From: Clostridia bacterium
GTDB taxonomy: Bacteria; Bacillota; Clostridia; HGM11514
Length of the DNA: 64,000 bases
Assembly: GCA_045586685.1 (NCBI GenBank)
Contig: JAZNAU010000042.1
Coordinates: 1-64,000 of the forward strand
Reading direction: 5' to 3'
Below, piece by piece: positions 1 to 8,970 of the stretch (position 1 is its first letter; each line of letters opens with the position of its first letter). The notes under the pieces were generated by a model. The model was not told where the DNA came from and searched no databases. It saw only the letters and a program-made list of their open reading frames with translations. Position numbers and translations under genes: made by a program.

Positions 1-42
1 GAACAGCCTAAGCTGTCCCCATATTTTCCCTTTTCTAATACT

Positions 43-70
43 ATTATATCACAAAAATTATAAAAGTCAA
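43..70 (-). promoter_or_regulatory. sigma-A-type promoter firing leftward out of the window
   Basis: Minus strand reads TTGACT-16 nt-TATAAT with TG extended -10; divergent from the promoter at 121-149. Confidence 0.55.
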
Positions 71-120
71 GGGGTTCAACAAAAAAAGTTGTAATTTATT
101 AAAACTTTTTAAAAATTTTA

Positions 121-149
121 TTGACATTTGTTGTCGAATATGGTAACAT
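121..149 (+). promoter_or_regulatory. sigma-A promoter of the XRE repressor gene
   Basis: TTGACA(121-126)-17 nt-TAACAT(144-149) with TG at 141-142; SD AAGGAGG before ATG 172. Confidence 0.7.
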
Positions 150-171
150 TATAGAAAAAGGAGGGATAATT

Positions 172-621
172 ATGAATTTTGGCGAGCAATTAAAAATCAT
201 CAGAAAACAAAAAGGCTATACTCAAGACGAGCTGGCAGACGAAATGAATCGGCGGTTTGGAAACAAGCTAACCAAAAGCGCCCTGTCCCGATACGAAAAC
301 AACCGTCAGGAAATGTCTGCAAAAACCCTGCAACAACTGGCAGAAATCTTGAAAGTATCTCCCGGCATCTTAATGAGAGAGCCGAAGGAAAGAGTGGAAT
401 TGTCAGATTATATTGACGAAGTGGAAAAGGATTTGCGTGGAATGATGCAAAGCGGAGAGCTCCAATCCCCCGAGGATGCAGAAAAAATTATTTTTGCCAT
501 GAAATGGGCTATGAATATGGTCAATGAGGAAAAAAAAAAAAATACACCCCCCGAAAATATCGGGAAGAGGAATGAGAGTAATGATTCAACGAAAAGTAAA
601 GGAACTGATACGAAAATTTAA
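172..621 (+). CDS. XRE-family HTH repressor, ImmR/phage-repressor-like (C-terminus probably frameshifted at A13 tract; expected end 575)
   Basis: FGEQLKIIRKQKGYTQDELA...KSALSRYENN HTH_3 pattern; ATG 172 follows strong SD; adjacent ImmA-like gene. Confidence 0.85.
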   Translation: MNFGEQLKIIRKQKGYTQDELADEMNRRFGNKLTKSALSRYENNRQEMSAKTLQQLAEILKVSPGILMREPKERVELSDYIDEVEKDLRGMMQSGELQSPEDAEKIIFAMKWAMNMVNEEKKKNTPPENIGKRNESNDSTKSKGTDTKI

Positions 622-1063
622 AACAAACGATCCGTTTCTCTTAGCAGATTACTGTAATATAAAACTCATGTATGCCGATCTTGGTCATCTGGGTGGTTTC
701 TATCAGTATTATAAACGAACCAAGATTATCATGATCAACGAAGCACTTTCCTCTCACGAGCAACGGGAGGTTTGCGCCCACGAGCTGGGTCATGCTCTGT
801 TACACCCCAAAAAAAACCGTTTTTTTCTGCATCGGAGCACCTTTCAGAATTGTGATAAACTGGAACGGGAGGCAAATCTTTTTGCCGCCTGTCTACTGAT
901 ACAAGAAAATGACGCCCGTGAATTTCTTCAGCAAGGCGTCACTATAAACCAGATTTCTTCCATAACAGGAGTTTCGTCTTCTCTGGTAGAAGAGCGGATG
1001 TGTCTGTTCATGAAAGAGAACGCAAAAACCGAATTCCAAAAGGAATACACAGAATTGCAGTAA
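572..1063 (+). CDS. ImmA/IrrE family metallo-endopeptidase (anti-repressor)
   Basis: TNDPF N-terminal motif, CAHELGH (HExxH), EREANLFAACLL; follows XRE gene. Confidence 0.9.
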   Translation: MRVMIQRKVKELIRKFKTNDPFLLADYCNIKLMYADLGHLGGFYQYYKRTKIIMINEALSSHEQREVCAHELGHALLHPKKNRFFLHRSTFQNCDKLEREANLFAACLLIQENDAREFLQQGVTINQISSITGVSSSLVEERMCLFMKENAKTEFQKEYTELQ

Positions 1064-2345
1064 GAATATCAGAGCAGGCTTGGGTCATCTGTACCCCCAT
1101 TTCTCCAAACCAGACAGGCAACAGGAAAATCAGGGGTAAGAAGAAATAGCCTTGTCTTGCACAGGATAAAAAGGTTGCCGTCCAATATTTTCCAATAGAC
1201 TGAAAGGTCATGTTACACATAACGCCAATAGGAATCAGAGGCAGTGAACAGCATTGCCACCGCAGTGCTTTTGCACCAAAATCAGAGGCAGAACGATCTT
1301 CAATAAACCATGCCATTACCTCCGGTGCCATGAAAAACATTACAATACCGAAAGACGTCATTAACAAAAAACCCACCGTAAATGTAAATTGGATTGCCTT
1401 CTTAACGCGGTCAAATTTTTTCGCTCCGTAATTGTAGCCGGCTACCGGCTGATACCCTTGTCCTATCCCTAAAGAAATACTGAACAGCATCATAAAAATC
1501 TTGCTGACGATAGACATTCCTGCAATGGCATAATCCCCGTACAGACCGGCACTATGATTTAACGCAACAGTAGAAATACTTGCAAAACCCTGTCTGCAAA
1601 AAGAAGGAAGTCCGGTTTTGATAATATCAAAGTAAATAGGTAGCTTTACAGAAATCTTCTTCACAGACAAATGCACAACGCTTTTATTCCGAAAAAACAT
1701 GGATAATAAAATTCCAAAGCTGACACACTGACTTAACAAGGTGGCAATGGCAGCTCCCGCCGTTCCCAATCGTAATACAAAAATAAGTACAGGGTCCAAA
1801 AGCATATTTAAAATACCGCCTGTTGTGAGTCCTATCATGGCAAGCTTTGCCATTCCCTGACTTCGCAAGACATTATTCAATACAAAGGATGCCGCCATAA
1901 TCGGTGCTCCCAGTAAAATATATTTTCCGTAGGCACGGGCATGAGGTAAAATACTGTCGCTTGCCCCCAGCACCTTCATCAAAGGGTCAAGAAAAAGTAA
2001 TCCCAGTACCGTTAGCATGATGCCAAACAACACAGCAGCAAACAAACCGGAGGATGCCACACCATCAGCTTCCTCATTTTTTTGTTCTCCTAAAAGACGG
2101 GAAATCAGACTTCCCGAACCCATTCCCAAAGTAAACCCTACCGCCTGAATGATTGCCATAATGGAAAACACCACCCCTACCGCAGCAGAGCTTGCCGTTC
2201 CCAATTTAGATACAAAATAAGTATCCGCCATATTATAAATAGAAGATACCAGCATGCTGATAATGGTGGGAATCCCTAAAGATACAATCAATCCCGCTAC
2301 ATTTTCTGTTGTCATTTTTTCAAATTGTTTTTGCTGACGATTCAA
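1008..2345 (-). CDS. MATE family efflux transporter
   Basis: IPTIISMLVSSIYNMADTYFV, LDPVLIF...GTAGAAIAT, GYNYGAK motifs; ~12 TM. Confidence 0.93.
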   Translation of the reverse strand: MNRQQKQFEKMTTENVAGLIVSLGIPTIISMLVSSIYNMADTYFVSKLGTASSAAVGVVFSIMAIIQAVGFTLGMGSGSLISRLLGEQKNEEADGVASSGLFAAVLFGIMLTVLGLLFLDPLMKVLGASDSILPHARAYGKYILLGAPIMAASFVLNNVLRSQGMAKLAMIGLTTGGILNMLLDPVLIFVLRLGTAGAAIATLLSQCVSFGILLSMFFRNKSVVHLSVKKISVKLPIYFDIIKTGLPSFCRQGFASISTVALNHSAGLYGDYAIAGMSIVSKIFMMLFSISLGIGQGYQPVAGYNYGAKKFDRVKKAIQFTFTVGFLLMTSFGIVMFFMAPEVMAWFIEDRSASDFGAKALRWQCCSLPLIPIGVMCNMTFQSIGKYWTATFLSCARQGYFFLPLIFLLPVWFGEMGVQMTQACSDILTAILCIPFGIRFLRSLS

Positions 2346-2377
2346 TTACTTCATTCCTTTCTGACCTTCTTCCTTTT

Positions 2378-2406
2378 ATTGTATAATATTTTTTTATTTT
2401 TGTCAA
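2378..2406 (-). promoter_or_regulatory. sigma-A promoter of MATE gene
   Basis: TTGACA-17 nt-TACAAT on minus strand. Confidence 0.7.
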
Positions 2407-2555
2407 ATAAATATCCCCCCAGATATAACGGGGGTATGTCATTTTCGGGCATAGCCCTAATACTACCGGAAACACACAAGTGCGTTTTTTTGTTGGCCTG
2501 CCAGTCATGTAATTGCTACTTGTTACCTATAAATGAGCTGTACTGCTCTATCAAG

Positions 2556-2664
2556 AGGTTCAGGAGCGAAGCCCCTGTGTCGTTTTAAGGGGCGCGGGAG
2601 AAATAGAAATCCCCCGCGTTTTTGATACTTTTGTCGCACAAAAACAGGCCCGCCCGCCAGGGCA
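2556..2664. repeat. GC-rich multi-hairpin REP/MITE-like extragenic element (single copy in window)
   Basis: Four adjacent hairpins: CAGG-A-GCGAAGC-C-CCTG, CGCGGG..CCCGCG, TTTTGT-CGC-ACAAAA, GCCC-GCCA-GGGC. Confidence 0.4.
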
Positions 2665-2671
2665 TACAAAG

Positions 2672-2709
2672 CGAAAACCTTGAAGCTCAAAAGAACTTCA
2701 AGGTTTTCG
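2672..2709 (-). terminator. Stem-loop just after the SGNH hydrolase stop codon
   Basis: 14-bp perfect inverted repeat CGAAAACCTTGAAG/CTTCAAGGTTTTCG. Confidence 0.6.
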
Positions 2710-2712
2710 TCT

Positions 2713-3408
2713 TTATAGAGTTTTCAACCAAGTATCAACAATATCCGCTGTTACATCATATCCCAAAGAAGTCAGATGCTGGCTGTCCACATAATAACCT
2801 GTATTTTCCTGTTTATTCTGTTCAGGAGTTTTTGTTGGGTCATACATATTGGGAATAAAAGGATTCAAATAACAACCATTCCAAAGATCCAGATATGGAA
2901 TTCCCCACTTTATACAAATTTCAACCGCCTTGTCGAAATAAAGCCGACGCATGGCAATATCATTAAAATTCATTCCCATTTTCTGGGCTACAATATATCC
3001 AATTTTCTTTCCCTTCCAATACGTTACCGTACGGCAGAAAACACTTTCTAATGCTCCGCAAAAGGTAGTAGTATCGAAAGAATCTTTATCATAACCAGGT
3101 TGAATTATCCCAAGACGGGTCATTTTCAGCAAATCTGCATCATTAGTTCCGCCTTCTAATATGACATAATCTGCTTCAGGATACTCCAAGTGCATTGTTT
3201 CAAGCGTCCGGCTAACAGAATGTCGCTCATTTCCATTGGCATGAGGAGGAGCCTGCTCCGCAACAGTTCCACCTCCCTTTCCATAATTTTTACAGATTGC
3301 TTCATTTTTTTTTGCAATTCTGGTTGCCCAGTTTCCCCATTCCTCAGTTCCCATGCAAATGGAATCTCCGTTCCAAAGAAGCAACTTTCCTTTTAATTGA
3401 TTACTCAT
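2713..3408 (-). CDS. SGNH/GDSL hydrolase
   Basis: Block I NGDSI, block III EGGTND, block V DSQH. Confidence 0.85.
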   Translation of the reverse strand: MSNQLKGKLLLWNGDSICMGTEEWGNWATRIAKKNEAICKNYGKGGGTVAEQAPPHANGNERHSVSRTLETMHLEYPEADYVILEGGTNDADLLKMTRLGIIQPGYDKDSFDTTTFCGALESVFCRTVTYWKGKKIGYIVAQKMGMNFNDIAMRRLYFDKAVEICIKWGIPYLDLWNGCYLNPFIPNMYDPTKTPEQNKQENTGYYVDSQHLTSLGYDVTADIVDTWLKTL

Positions 3409-3463
3409 TTGTTTTCCTCCTTTTAAATGTATTTTAAAAATAAACTTTATTATCCACTTTCAC

Positions 3464-4822
3464 TTATAAATTTAAAAACTGACTTGCTACCCAAAAATAG
3501 ATTAGCAATGAAGCAGAGTCCATAATCGTGGAAATAAAGGGACTTGCCATCACTGCAGGGTCAAACCCCAGCTTTTTTGCAAAAATCGGCAATCCCGCTC
3601 CCACCACCTTTGCACAGATGATGATAAAGGGCAAGGTCAAGCTGACCACCAACGCAACCAGAACACCCCGTTGATCCATCAACATCATTTTCCCAAAGTT
3701 ACAAACAGCTAAGGTTAGTCCGCAAAGGAGTGCAACAACTGCTTCCTTCCCCATAACGCGGAAGGCGTCGTTAAATTTCAATTCTCCGGAAGACAATCCT
3801 TGAATTACGGTAACAGATGCCTGATTCCCCGAATTTCCTGCCGTTCCCATAAGCATTGGAATATAAGCGGTCAAAGCCACGCATGCAGCTAGTTTATTTT
3901 CAAAAGAGGTAATTATCATTCCGGTAAAGGTTGCAGAAATCATCAATAATAACAACCAGGGTACTCTTGCTTTCCACAAATGAAAAGGGCTGGTTTTTAA
4001 ATAGGGTTTATCAGACGGCGTTACTGCTGCCATGATTGCAATGTCCTCACAGTTTTCTTCTCTCAAAATGTCCATCGCATCGTCTACCGTAACAATTCCC
4101 ACCAAGCGGTTTTCTCCGTCTACCACAGGAATTGCCAAAAAGTCGTACTTATCAAACTGTTGAGCAACCGTTTCCTTGTCCTCCAAGGTATTGACGGAAA
4201 TAATGTTGGTTTCCATAATGTCGCCAAGTTTCACATTTCCGTCAGCCAGCAACAAGGTTTTTACCGACACAAGACCAATCAGTTTTCTGTCCGCCTCGGT
4301 TACATAACAGGTATAAATAGTTTCTTTATCAACACCTGTTTTTCTGATATGGTCAAAGGCTTCCGTCACCGTCATATCTTTTTTCAAATCAACATATTCA
4401 ATAGTCATAATGCTGCCCGCACTATCCTTAGGATACTGCAGCACTTCATTGATTTTTTTACGCATTTCCGAGTCCGTTTGCTGCAAAATACGTTTCACTA
4501 CATTGGCAGGCATCTCTTCAATTAAATCCACTGTATCATCCAGATACATCTGATCAATCACTTGCTTTAATTCATGGTCACTGAAGGAGCGAATCAAAAG
4601 CTCCTGGGTTTCAGATTCCATTTCAACAAACACTTCTGCCGCCGTTTCTTTAGGCAGAATGCGGAACAAAAGAGGCAAAGATTCTTCCTCTGCTTCTTCT
4701 GCCATCAAGGCAATATCCGTCTCATTCATGGTATCGAGTACAGCTCTTAACTGTACCATCTTTTTTTCTTCCAATAACTGTAACGCTTGACAGCTCAACT
4801 CTTCAAAATCATATTCATTCAT
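3464..4822 (-). CDS. mgtE: Magnesium transporter MgtE
   Basis: MgtE N-domain, two CBS domains, GTAGNSGNQ and DPAVMASPFISTIMD TM motifs; ATG 4822 fits the SD better than GTG 4831. Confidence 0.95.
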   Translation of the reverse strand: MNEYDFEELSCQALQLLEEKKMVQLRAVLDTMNETDIALMAEEAEEESLPLLFRILPKETAAEVFVEMESETQELLIRSFSDHELKQVIDQMYLDDTVDLIEEMPANVVKRILQQTDSEMRKKINEVLQYPKDSAGSIMTIEYVDLKKDMTVTEAFDHIRKTGVDKETIYTCYVTEADRKLIGLVSVKTLLLADGNVKLGDIMETNIISVNTLEDKETVAQQFDKYDFLAIPVVDGENRLVGIVTVDDAMDILREENCEDIAIMAAVTPSDKPYLKTSPFHLWKARVPWLLLLMISATFTGMIITSFENKLAACVALTAYIPMLMGTAGNSGNQASVTVIQGLSSGELKFNDAFRVMGKEAVVALLCGLTLAVCNFGKMMLMDQRGVLVALVVSLTLPFIIICAKVVGAGLPIFAKKLGFDPAVMASPFISTIMDSASLLIYFWVASQFLNL

Positions 4823-4884
4823 TGGGGTCACCTTCCTTATGTATATTTGTTAGAAAGTATGACACACCGAAACACAGCTGTTAT

Positions 4885-4983
4885 TCAGTTGTTTAAGCAA
4901 TGAGACAAGCAGATTCGGACAAATTCCAAACCCTCATTCCATTGCTCCACGGGTTTCATACTGTTACTACTGCCTGAATCCAC
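4885..4983 (-). CDS. Candidate 32-aa leader peptide (uORF) of mgtE: MDSGSSNSMKPVEQWNEGLEFVRICLSHCLNN
   Basis: SD GAGGTG 6 nt before GTG 4983; stop TGA 4887-4885; fills the mgtE leader; below the ORF-track length cutoff. Confidence 0.45.
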   Translation of the reverse strand: MDSGSSNSMKPVEQWNEGLEFVRICLSHCLNN

Positions 4984-5017
4984 TATACTCACCTCACTAA
5001 TCCTTGGTTTTTCTTTT

Positions 5018-5782
5018 CTATTTACTAGTATCACCAAAAAGTGATATAGAAATCAAATTCACATCCTGCAAACACTCGTTTTCAAACACAAAGTTGGCAT
5101 ATAGTTCTCCTTTGCCTCCATAGCCTACAAAATATCCTGTTTCTTTCTCGGGTTCTCCTAACAGTTCTTTCAATTCCGATTGAGAAATTCCTTTATATTC
5201 TGCCAAAAAATCAGCTAACATCAATTCCCGCTTCGGTGAAAAGTTCTGCCATTTTTCAACCGAAAACGTCTGACAATGTTGATCTAATTTTGCCGTTATG
5301 GGGGTAGTCAAATTCCAACTCAGCATAGTCGCTGCACCTACAAAAACAAAAATCACCAGAGAAACACCTATGGTTTTCAATGTTTTCTTTGGAATCTGCC
5401 GAATCTTTTTTCTCACCAGTGCAAACCGAACCAATGCAGTCGTGAAAAAGGTGCTCACCAAGAATATTAAAAAAAAGAAATCTATGGTCTGATAAGGACC
5501 AACTTCATAATCTGCCAAAAAGCCGTCCTGTTGATAATCTTCTACAAGATTGACAAGAGAAATAATTTTATATCCTAAAAAGACAATCAACAATGAAACA
5601 CGGGAAAATTTCATTGCATCCCAAGAGGTCAATTTCCATGTCAACACCACCAACGCTGCCAAATACACCGTCATCAGTGCCATAGACACCGTTGAAACTT
5701 CTCCGGCATCTGAAAAAATCCAGAGTGCCAATAAAAATACAATTCCTGATACAATCGAAAATAGATATTCTCTCAGTTTCAT
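5018..5782 (-). CDS. Hypothetical membrane protein with C-terminal soluble domain
   Basis: ~5 hydrophobic helices, then FSVEKW..RELM..ELKELLGEP; start overlaps trmD stop (ATGA). Confidence 0.75.
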   Translation of the reverse strand: MKLREYLFSIVSGIVFLLALWIFSDAGEVSTVSMALMTVYLAALVVLTWKLTSWDAMKFSRVSLLIVFLGYKIISLVNLVEDYQQDGFLADYEVGPYQTIDFFFLIFLVSTFFTTALVRFALVRKKIRQIPKKTLKTIGVSLVIFVFVGAATMLSWNLTTPITAKLDQHCQTFSVEKWQNFSPKRELMLADFLAEYKGISQSELKELLGEPEKETGYFVGYGGKGELYANFVFENECLQDVNLISISLFGDTSK

Positions 5783-6474
5783 TCTGTTTCCTCCAAAAGT
5801 TCAGGCCTTTTCGCCTTTGTTCGTAACACCGACTGTTCTTTCCGCCAAGCATCAATTTTTGCATGATGACCGGATAATAACACCTCCGGCACTCGTTTTC
5901 CTTCAAAGATTTCCGGACGGGTATATTGGGGATATTCTAATAATTTCCCGTCGTACAAGGATTCTTCTCTAAAAGATTCCTCCTGTCCGCCCAAAACACC
6001 CGGAATCATACGGCTGACCGCATCAATCACCGCCATAGCAGGAATTTCGCCGCCGGTTAAAACATAATCACCGATTGACAGTTCAAAATCAACAATTTCT
6101 TCCAAAGCGCGTTCGTCAATTCCTTCATAATGACCGCAGAGTAATATAACGTGCGAAAAATCATGGGCAATTCTGCGTGCTGTTTCCTGACGGAACACCT
6201 GTCCCTGAGGAGACATATAAATGCAAACGGGACGGTAATCTAAATCTGCAGTAATCGCACGAAAAGCCCGCACCACCGGCTCTGCCTGCATGAGCATCCC
6301 TGCTCCTCCCCCATAAGGGTAATCATCCACCCTGCCGTGCTTATCGGTAGTATAATCACGGATGTTGATGAAATTCAGCTCCAACAATCCTTTTTCCTGT
6401 GCACGACCAATAATACTGTCTGACAAAACGGGAGGAAACATTGCAGGAAACAGGGTTAATACATCAAATCTCAC
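5779..6474 (-). CDS. trmD: tRNA (guanine37-N1)-methyltransferase
   Basis: DDYPYGGGAGM, CGHYEGIDER, SIGDYVLTGGE, EYPQYTRP. Confidence 0.98.
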   Translation of the reverse strand: MRFDVLTLFPAMFPPVLSDSIIGRAQEKGLLELNFINIRDYTTDKHGRVDDYPYGGGAGMLMQAEPVVRAFRAITADLDYRPVCIYMSPQGQVFRQETARRIAHDFSHVILLCGHYEGIDERALEEIVDFELSIGDYVLTGGEIPAMAVIDAVSRMIPGVLGGQEESFREESLYDGKLLEYPQYTRPEIFEGKRVPEVLLSGHHAKIDAWRKEQSVLRTKAKRPELLEETE

Positions 6475-6965
6475 TGTTCCTCCATCCCTTCCATTAAGTG
6501 AACAAAAATTCCTTCTTCCAAATCAACCTTTTCTACCACATCATCAATCACAGGAAGCAACAGTTCCTTCCCGTTTTCTGTAGATACAATATATACGTCG
6601 TTTGCACCGGTCTGAAGAACATCCTTCAGTTTTCCCAATGCTCGACCTTCCTCGTAAACAGGCAGTCCGATTAAGTCTGAAATTAAGTTTCTTCCTTCTT
6701 CCAGTTGGTCTGTGACCTCATTTCTTTCTGCCCAGATAATTTTCTGTTTCAGCCCTTCGGCCTGTTCGATGGCGTCAATCCCCTTCAGTTTCAGAATCAA
6801 ACCGCCCTTTTGGTAACGCACCTGTTCCAAAGAATATTCCCTGTTATCAATCCATACACGGGAAAACCCTTCAAAGAATTCGGGGGTATCGCACCAACTC
6901 ATCGCCTTTACTTCTCCCCGCAGACCGTGGGTATTATTGATTTTTCCTACTTCAATTTTTTTCAT
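6471..6965 (-). CDS. rimM: 16S rRNA processing protein RimM
   Basis: GKINNTHGLRGEVK, TGANDVY; start trimmed to MKKIEV at 6965. Confidence 0.95.
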   Translation of the reverse strand: MKKIEVGKINNTHGLRGEVKAMSWCDTPEFFEGFSRVWIDNREYSLEQVRYQKGGLILKLKGIDAIEQAEGLKQKIIWAERNEVTDQLEEGRNLISDLIGLPVYEEGRALGKLKDVLQTGANDVYIVSTENGKELLLPVIDDVVEKVDLEEGIFVHLMEGMEEQ

Positions 6966-7061
6966 AGTGTTCTTCCTTTCAATACAAGCATAGGGACGAC
7001 TGTTTATGCCGTCCCGTATCCAGTATTGCAGCATATCGGTCAAAAGACACCAATTTTGCCA

Positions 7062-7295
7062 TTATACAATATCCACTGACACCATTTTGTTTTCACGAAT
7101 GGCGGCAGCTTTCACTACTGAGCGGATTGCTTTGGCAATTCTGCCTTGCTTACCGATCACCTTGCCCATATCGCTTTCTGCTACGCGCAGTTCCAAAACG
7201 ATACTGCCGTCCTCTTTATCAATCTGTGTCACATTCACATCCTGAGGACAATCTACCAAGGCTTTTGCAATGGTTTCCAGTAATTCTTTCATCAC
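7062..7295 (-). CDS. khpA: KH-domain RNA-binding protein KhpA
   Basis: DMGKVIGKQGRIAKAIR; position between rpsP and rimM. Confidence 0.95.
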   Translation of the reverse strand: MMKELLETIAKALVDCPQDVNVTQIDKEDGSIVLELRVAESDMGKVIGKQGRIAKAIRSVVKAAAIRENKMVSVDIV

Positions 7296-7322
7296 CAGAT
7301 CCCCTTTCCTCTTGACAAATTT

Positions 7323-7565
7323 TTAGCCAATAATCCCTTGCTTTTTCATCAGAGATTTTACAGTATCGGTAGGCTGTGCACCCTTCTTCATCCATTCGGT
7401 TGCTTTTTCAGCATCTATTTTCACTTCTGCAGGATCGCACAAGGGATTGTAAGTACCGATTTCTTCAATGAATCTGCCATCACGAGGATAACGGGAATCA
7501 GCTACAACAATTCTGTAGAAAGGAGCCTTCTTTGCACCCATTCTCTTTAATCTGATTTTTACCAT
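7323..7565 (-). CDS. rpsP: 30S ribosomal protein S16
   Basis: [34 protein letters not shown]. Confidence 0.99.
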   Translation of the reverse strand: MVKIRLKRMGAKKAPFYRIVVADSRYPRDGRFIEEIGTYNPLCDPAEVKIDAEKATEWMKKGAQPTDTVKSLMKKQGIIG

Positions 7566-7625
7566 TTGTATTTCACCTCCTTACAGGATTTCTTATCTCA
7601 AATATCTGACGATATTTTCAAACAA

Positions 7626-8963
7626 TTACATAGGAAACGGAAATCTCATTTTGCCCCGTTTCATTTTTTTGGGATTGGCAAACTGTTTCATCATTTTGCA
7701 CATCTGGTCAAACTGCTTTAACAACGCATTGACATCGCTGACCTTGGTTCCGCTACCCATTGCAATTCTTTGCTTGCGACCGGAATTGATAATAGAGGGA
7801 TTTTCCCTTTCCTCCATGGTCATGGACTGAATCATGGCACCCAGACGGGCAAACTGCTTTTCATCCACTGTAATTCCTTTGAGTTTTGCCTTATCCATTC
7901 CCGGAATCATATCAAGCAGGGAGGATAAAGGACCCATATTTTTCATTTGTTCCATCTGGTCCAAAAAATCATTCAGTGTAAATCGTTCGCTACGCATTTT
8001 CTGTTCCAGTTCTATTGCCTTTTTCTCATCAAAAGCTTGTTCAGCCTTTTCAATCAGGGTCAGAACATCACCCATACCTAATATACGGGAAGCCATTCTG
8101 TCAGGGTGAAACACCTCTAAATCTGAAAGTTTTTCTCCCATCCCTGCATATTTAATAGGTTTTCCGGTTACCGCACGGACAGAAAGAGCCGCACCGCCTC
8201 TGGTATCCCCATCAAGCTTGGTTAAAATCACACCGTCAACTGAGAGCTGATCGTGAAAACTTTGAGCAACATTCACTGCATCCTGACCGGTCATGGCATC
8301 CACTGTCAGCAAAATTTCCTGAGGCTTTACCGCCTCCTTAATGTCACAAAGCTCTCCCATCAGGGTTTCATCAATGTGAAGACGGCCTGCGGTATCAATC
8401 AGTACAACATCATTCAAATTGCTTTTGGCATAACGCAATGCACGTTCTGCGATTCCCACAGGGTCTTGGCAATCTTCCTCGGCATACACAGGAATATCCA
8501 ACTGTTTTCCTACCACCTGCAACTGTTTGATTGCTGCCGGACGGTACACATCGCAAGCAACTAAAAGAGGGCGCTTGCCGTCCTTTCTCAATAACCCTGC
8601 CAGCTTTGCACATGTGGTGGTTTTCCCCGCCCCTTGTAACCCAACAAGCATATACGCTCCCGGTGGATTGGAGGAATAGGTCAATTTTTCTGCTGTTCCT
8701 CCCATTAACGCTGTCAATTCTTCGTTAACAATTTTTATCACATGCTGACCCGGTGTCAAGCTTTCCAGCACTTCCGCACCCACAGCACGTTCCGATACAT
8801 TTACTATAAACTCTTTTACAATTTTGAAGCTGACATCCGCCTCTAAAAGGGCAAGTTTCACTTCCCTCATGGCAACCTTGATATCGCTTTCGGTCAGTTT
8901 TCCTTTCCCCCGTAATTTGGCGAAGGTCTGAGAAAGCTTATCTGCTAAATTTTCAAATGCCAT
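7626..8963 (-). CDS. ffh: Signal recognition particle protein Ffh
   Basis: GLQGAGKTT, DTAGRL, TKLDGD, M-domain RMASRILGMGD. Confidence 0.99.
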   Translation of the reverse strand: MAFENLADKLSQTFAKLRGKGKLTESDIKVAMREVKLALLEADVSFKIVKEFIVNVSERAVGAEVLESLTPGQHVIKIVNEELTALMGGTAEKLTYSSNPPGAYMLVGLQGAGKTTTCAKLAGLLRKDGKRPLLVACDVYRPAAIKQLQVVGKQLDIPVYAEEDCQDPVGIAERALRYAKSNLNDVVLIDTAGRLHIDETLMGELCDIKEAVKPQEILLTVDAMTGQDAVNVAQSFHDQLSVDGVILTKLDGDTRGGAALSVRAVTGKPIKYAGMGEKLSDLEVFHPDRMASRILGMGDVLTLIEKAEQAFDEKKAIELEQKMRSERFTLNDFLDQMEQMKNMGPLSSLLDMIPGMDKAKLKGITVDEKQFARLGAMIQSMTMEERENPSIINSGRKQRIAMGSGTKVSDVNALLKQFDQMCKMMKQFANPKKMKRGKMRFPFPM

Positions 8964-8970
8964 TTCTCTA

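Noticed and set aside
1-22. GGGGACAGC-TTAG-GCTGTTC on the minus strand as a tRNA/tmRNA 5' end
   Set aside because: Only a short hairpin cut by the window edge; it lacks tRNA D-arm or tmRNA consensus, so it cannot be called.
132-138. Spo0A box TGTCGAA in the spacer of the repressor promoter
   Set aside because: A single 7-mer is expected several times by chance in 64 kb; no second box seen nearby.
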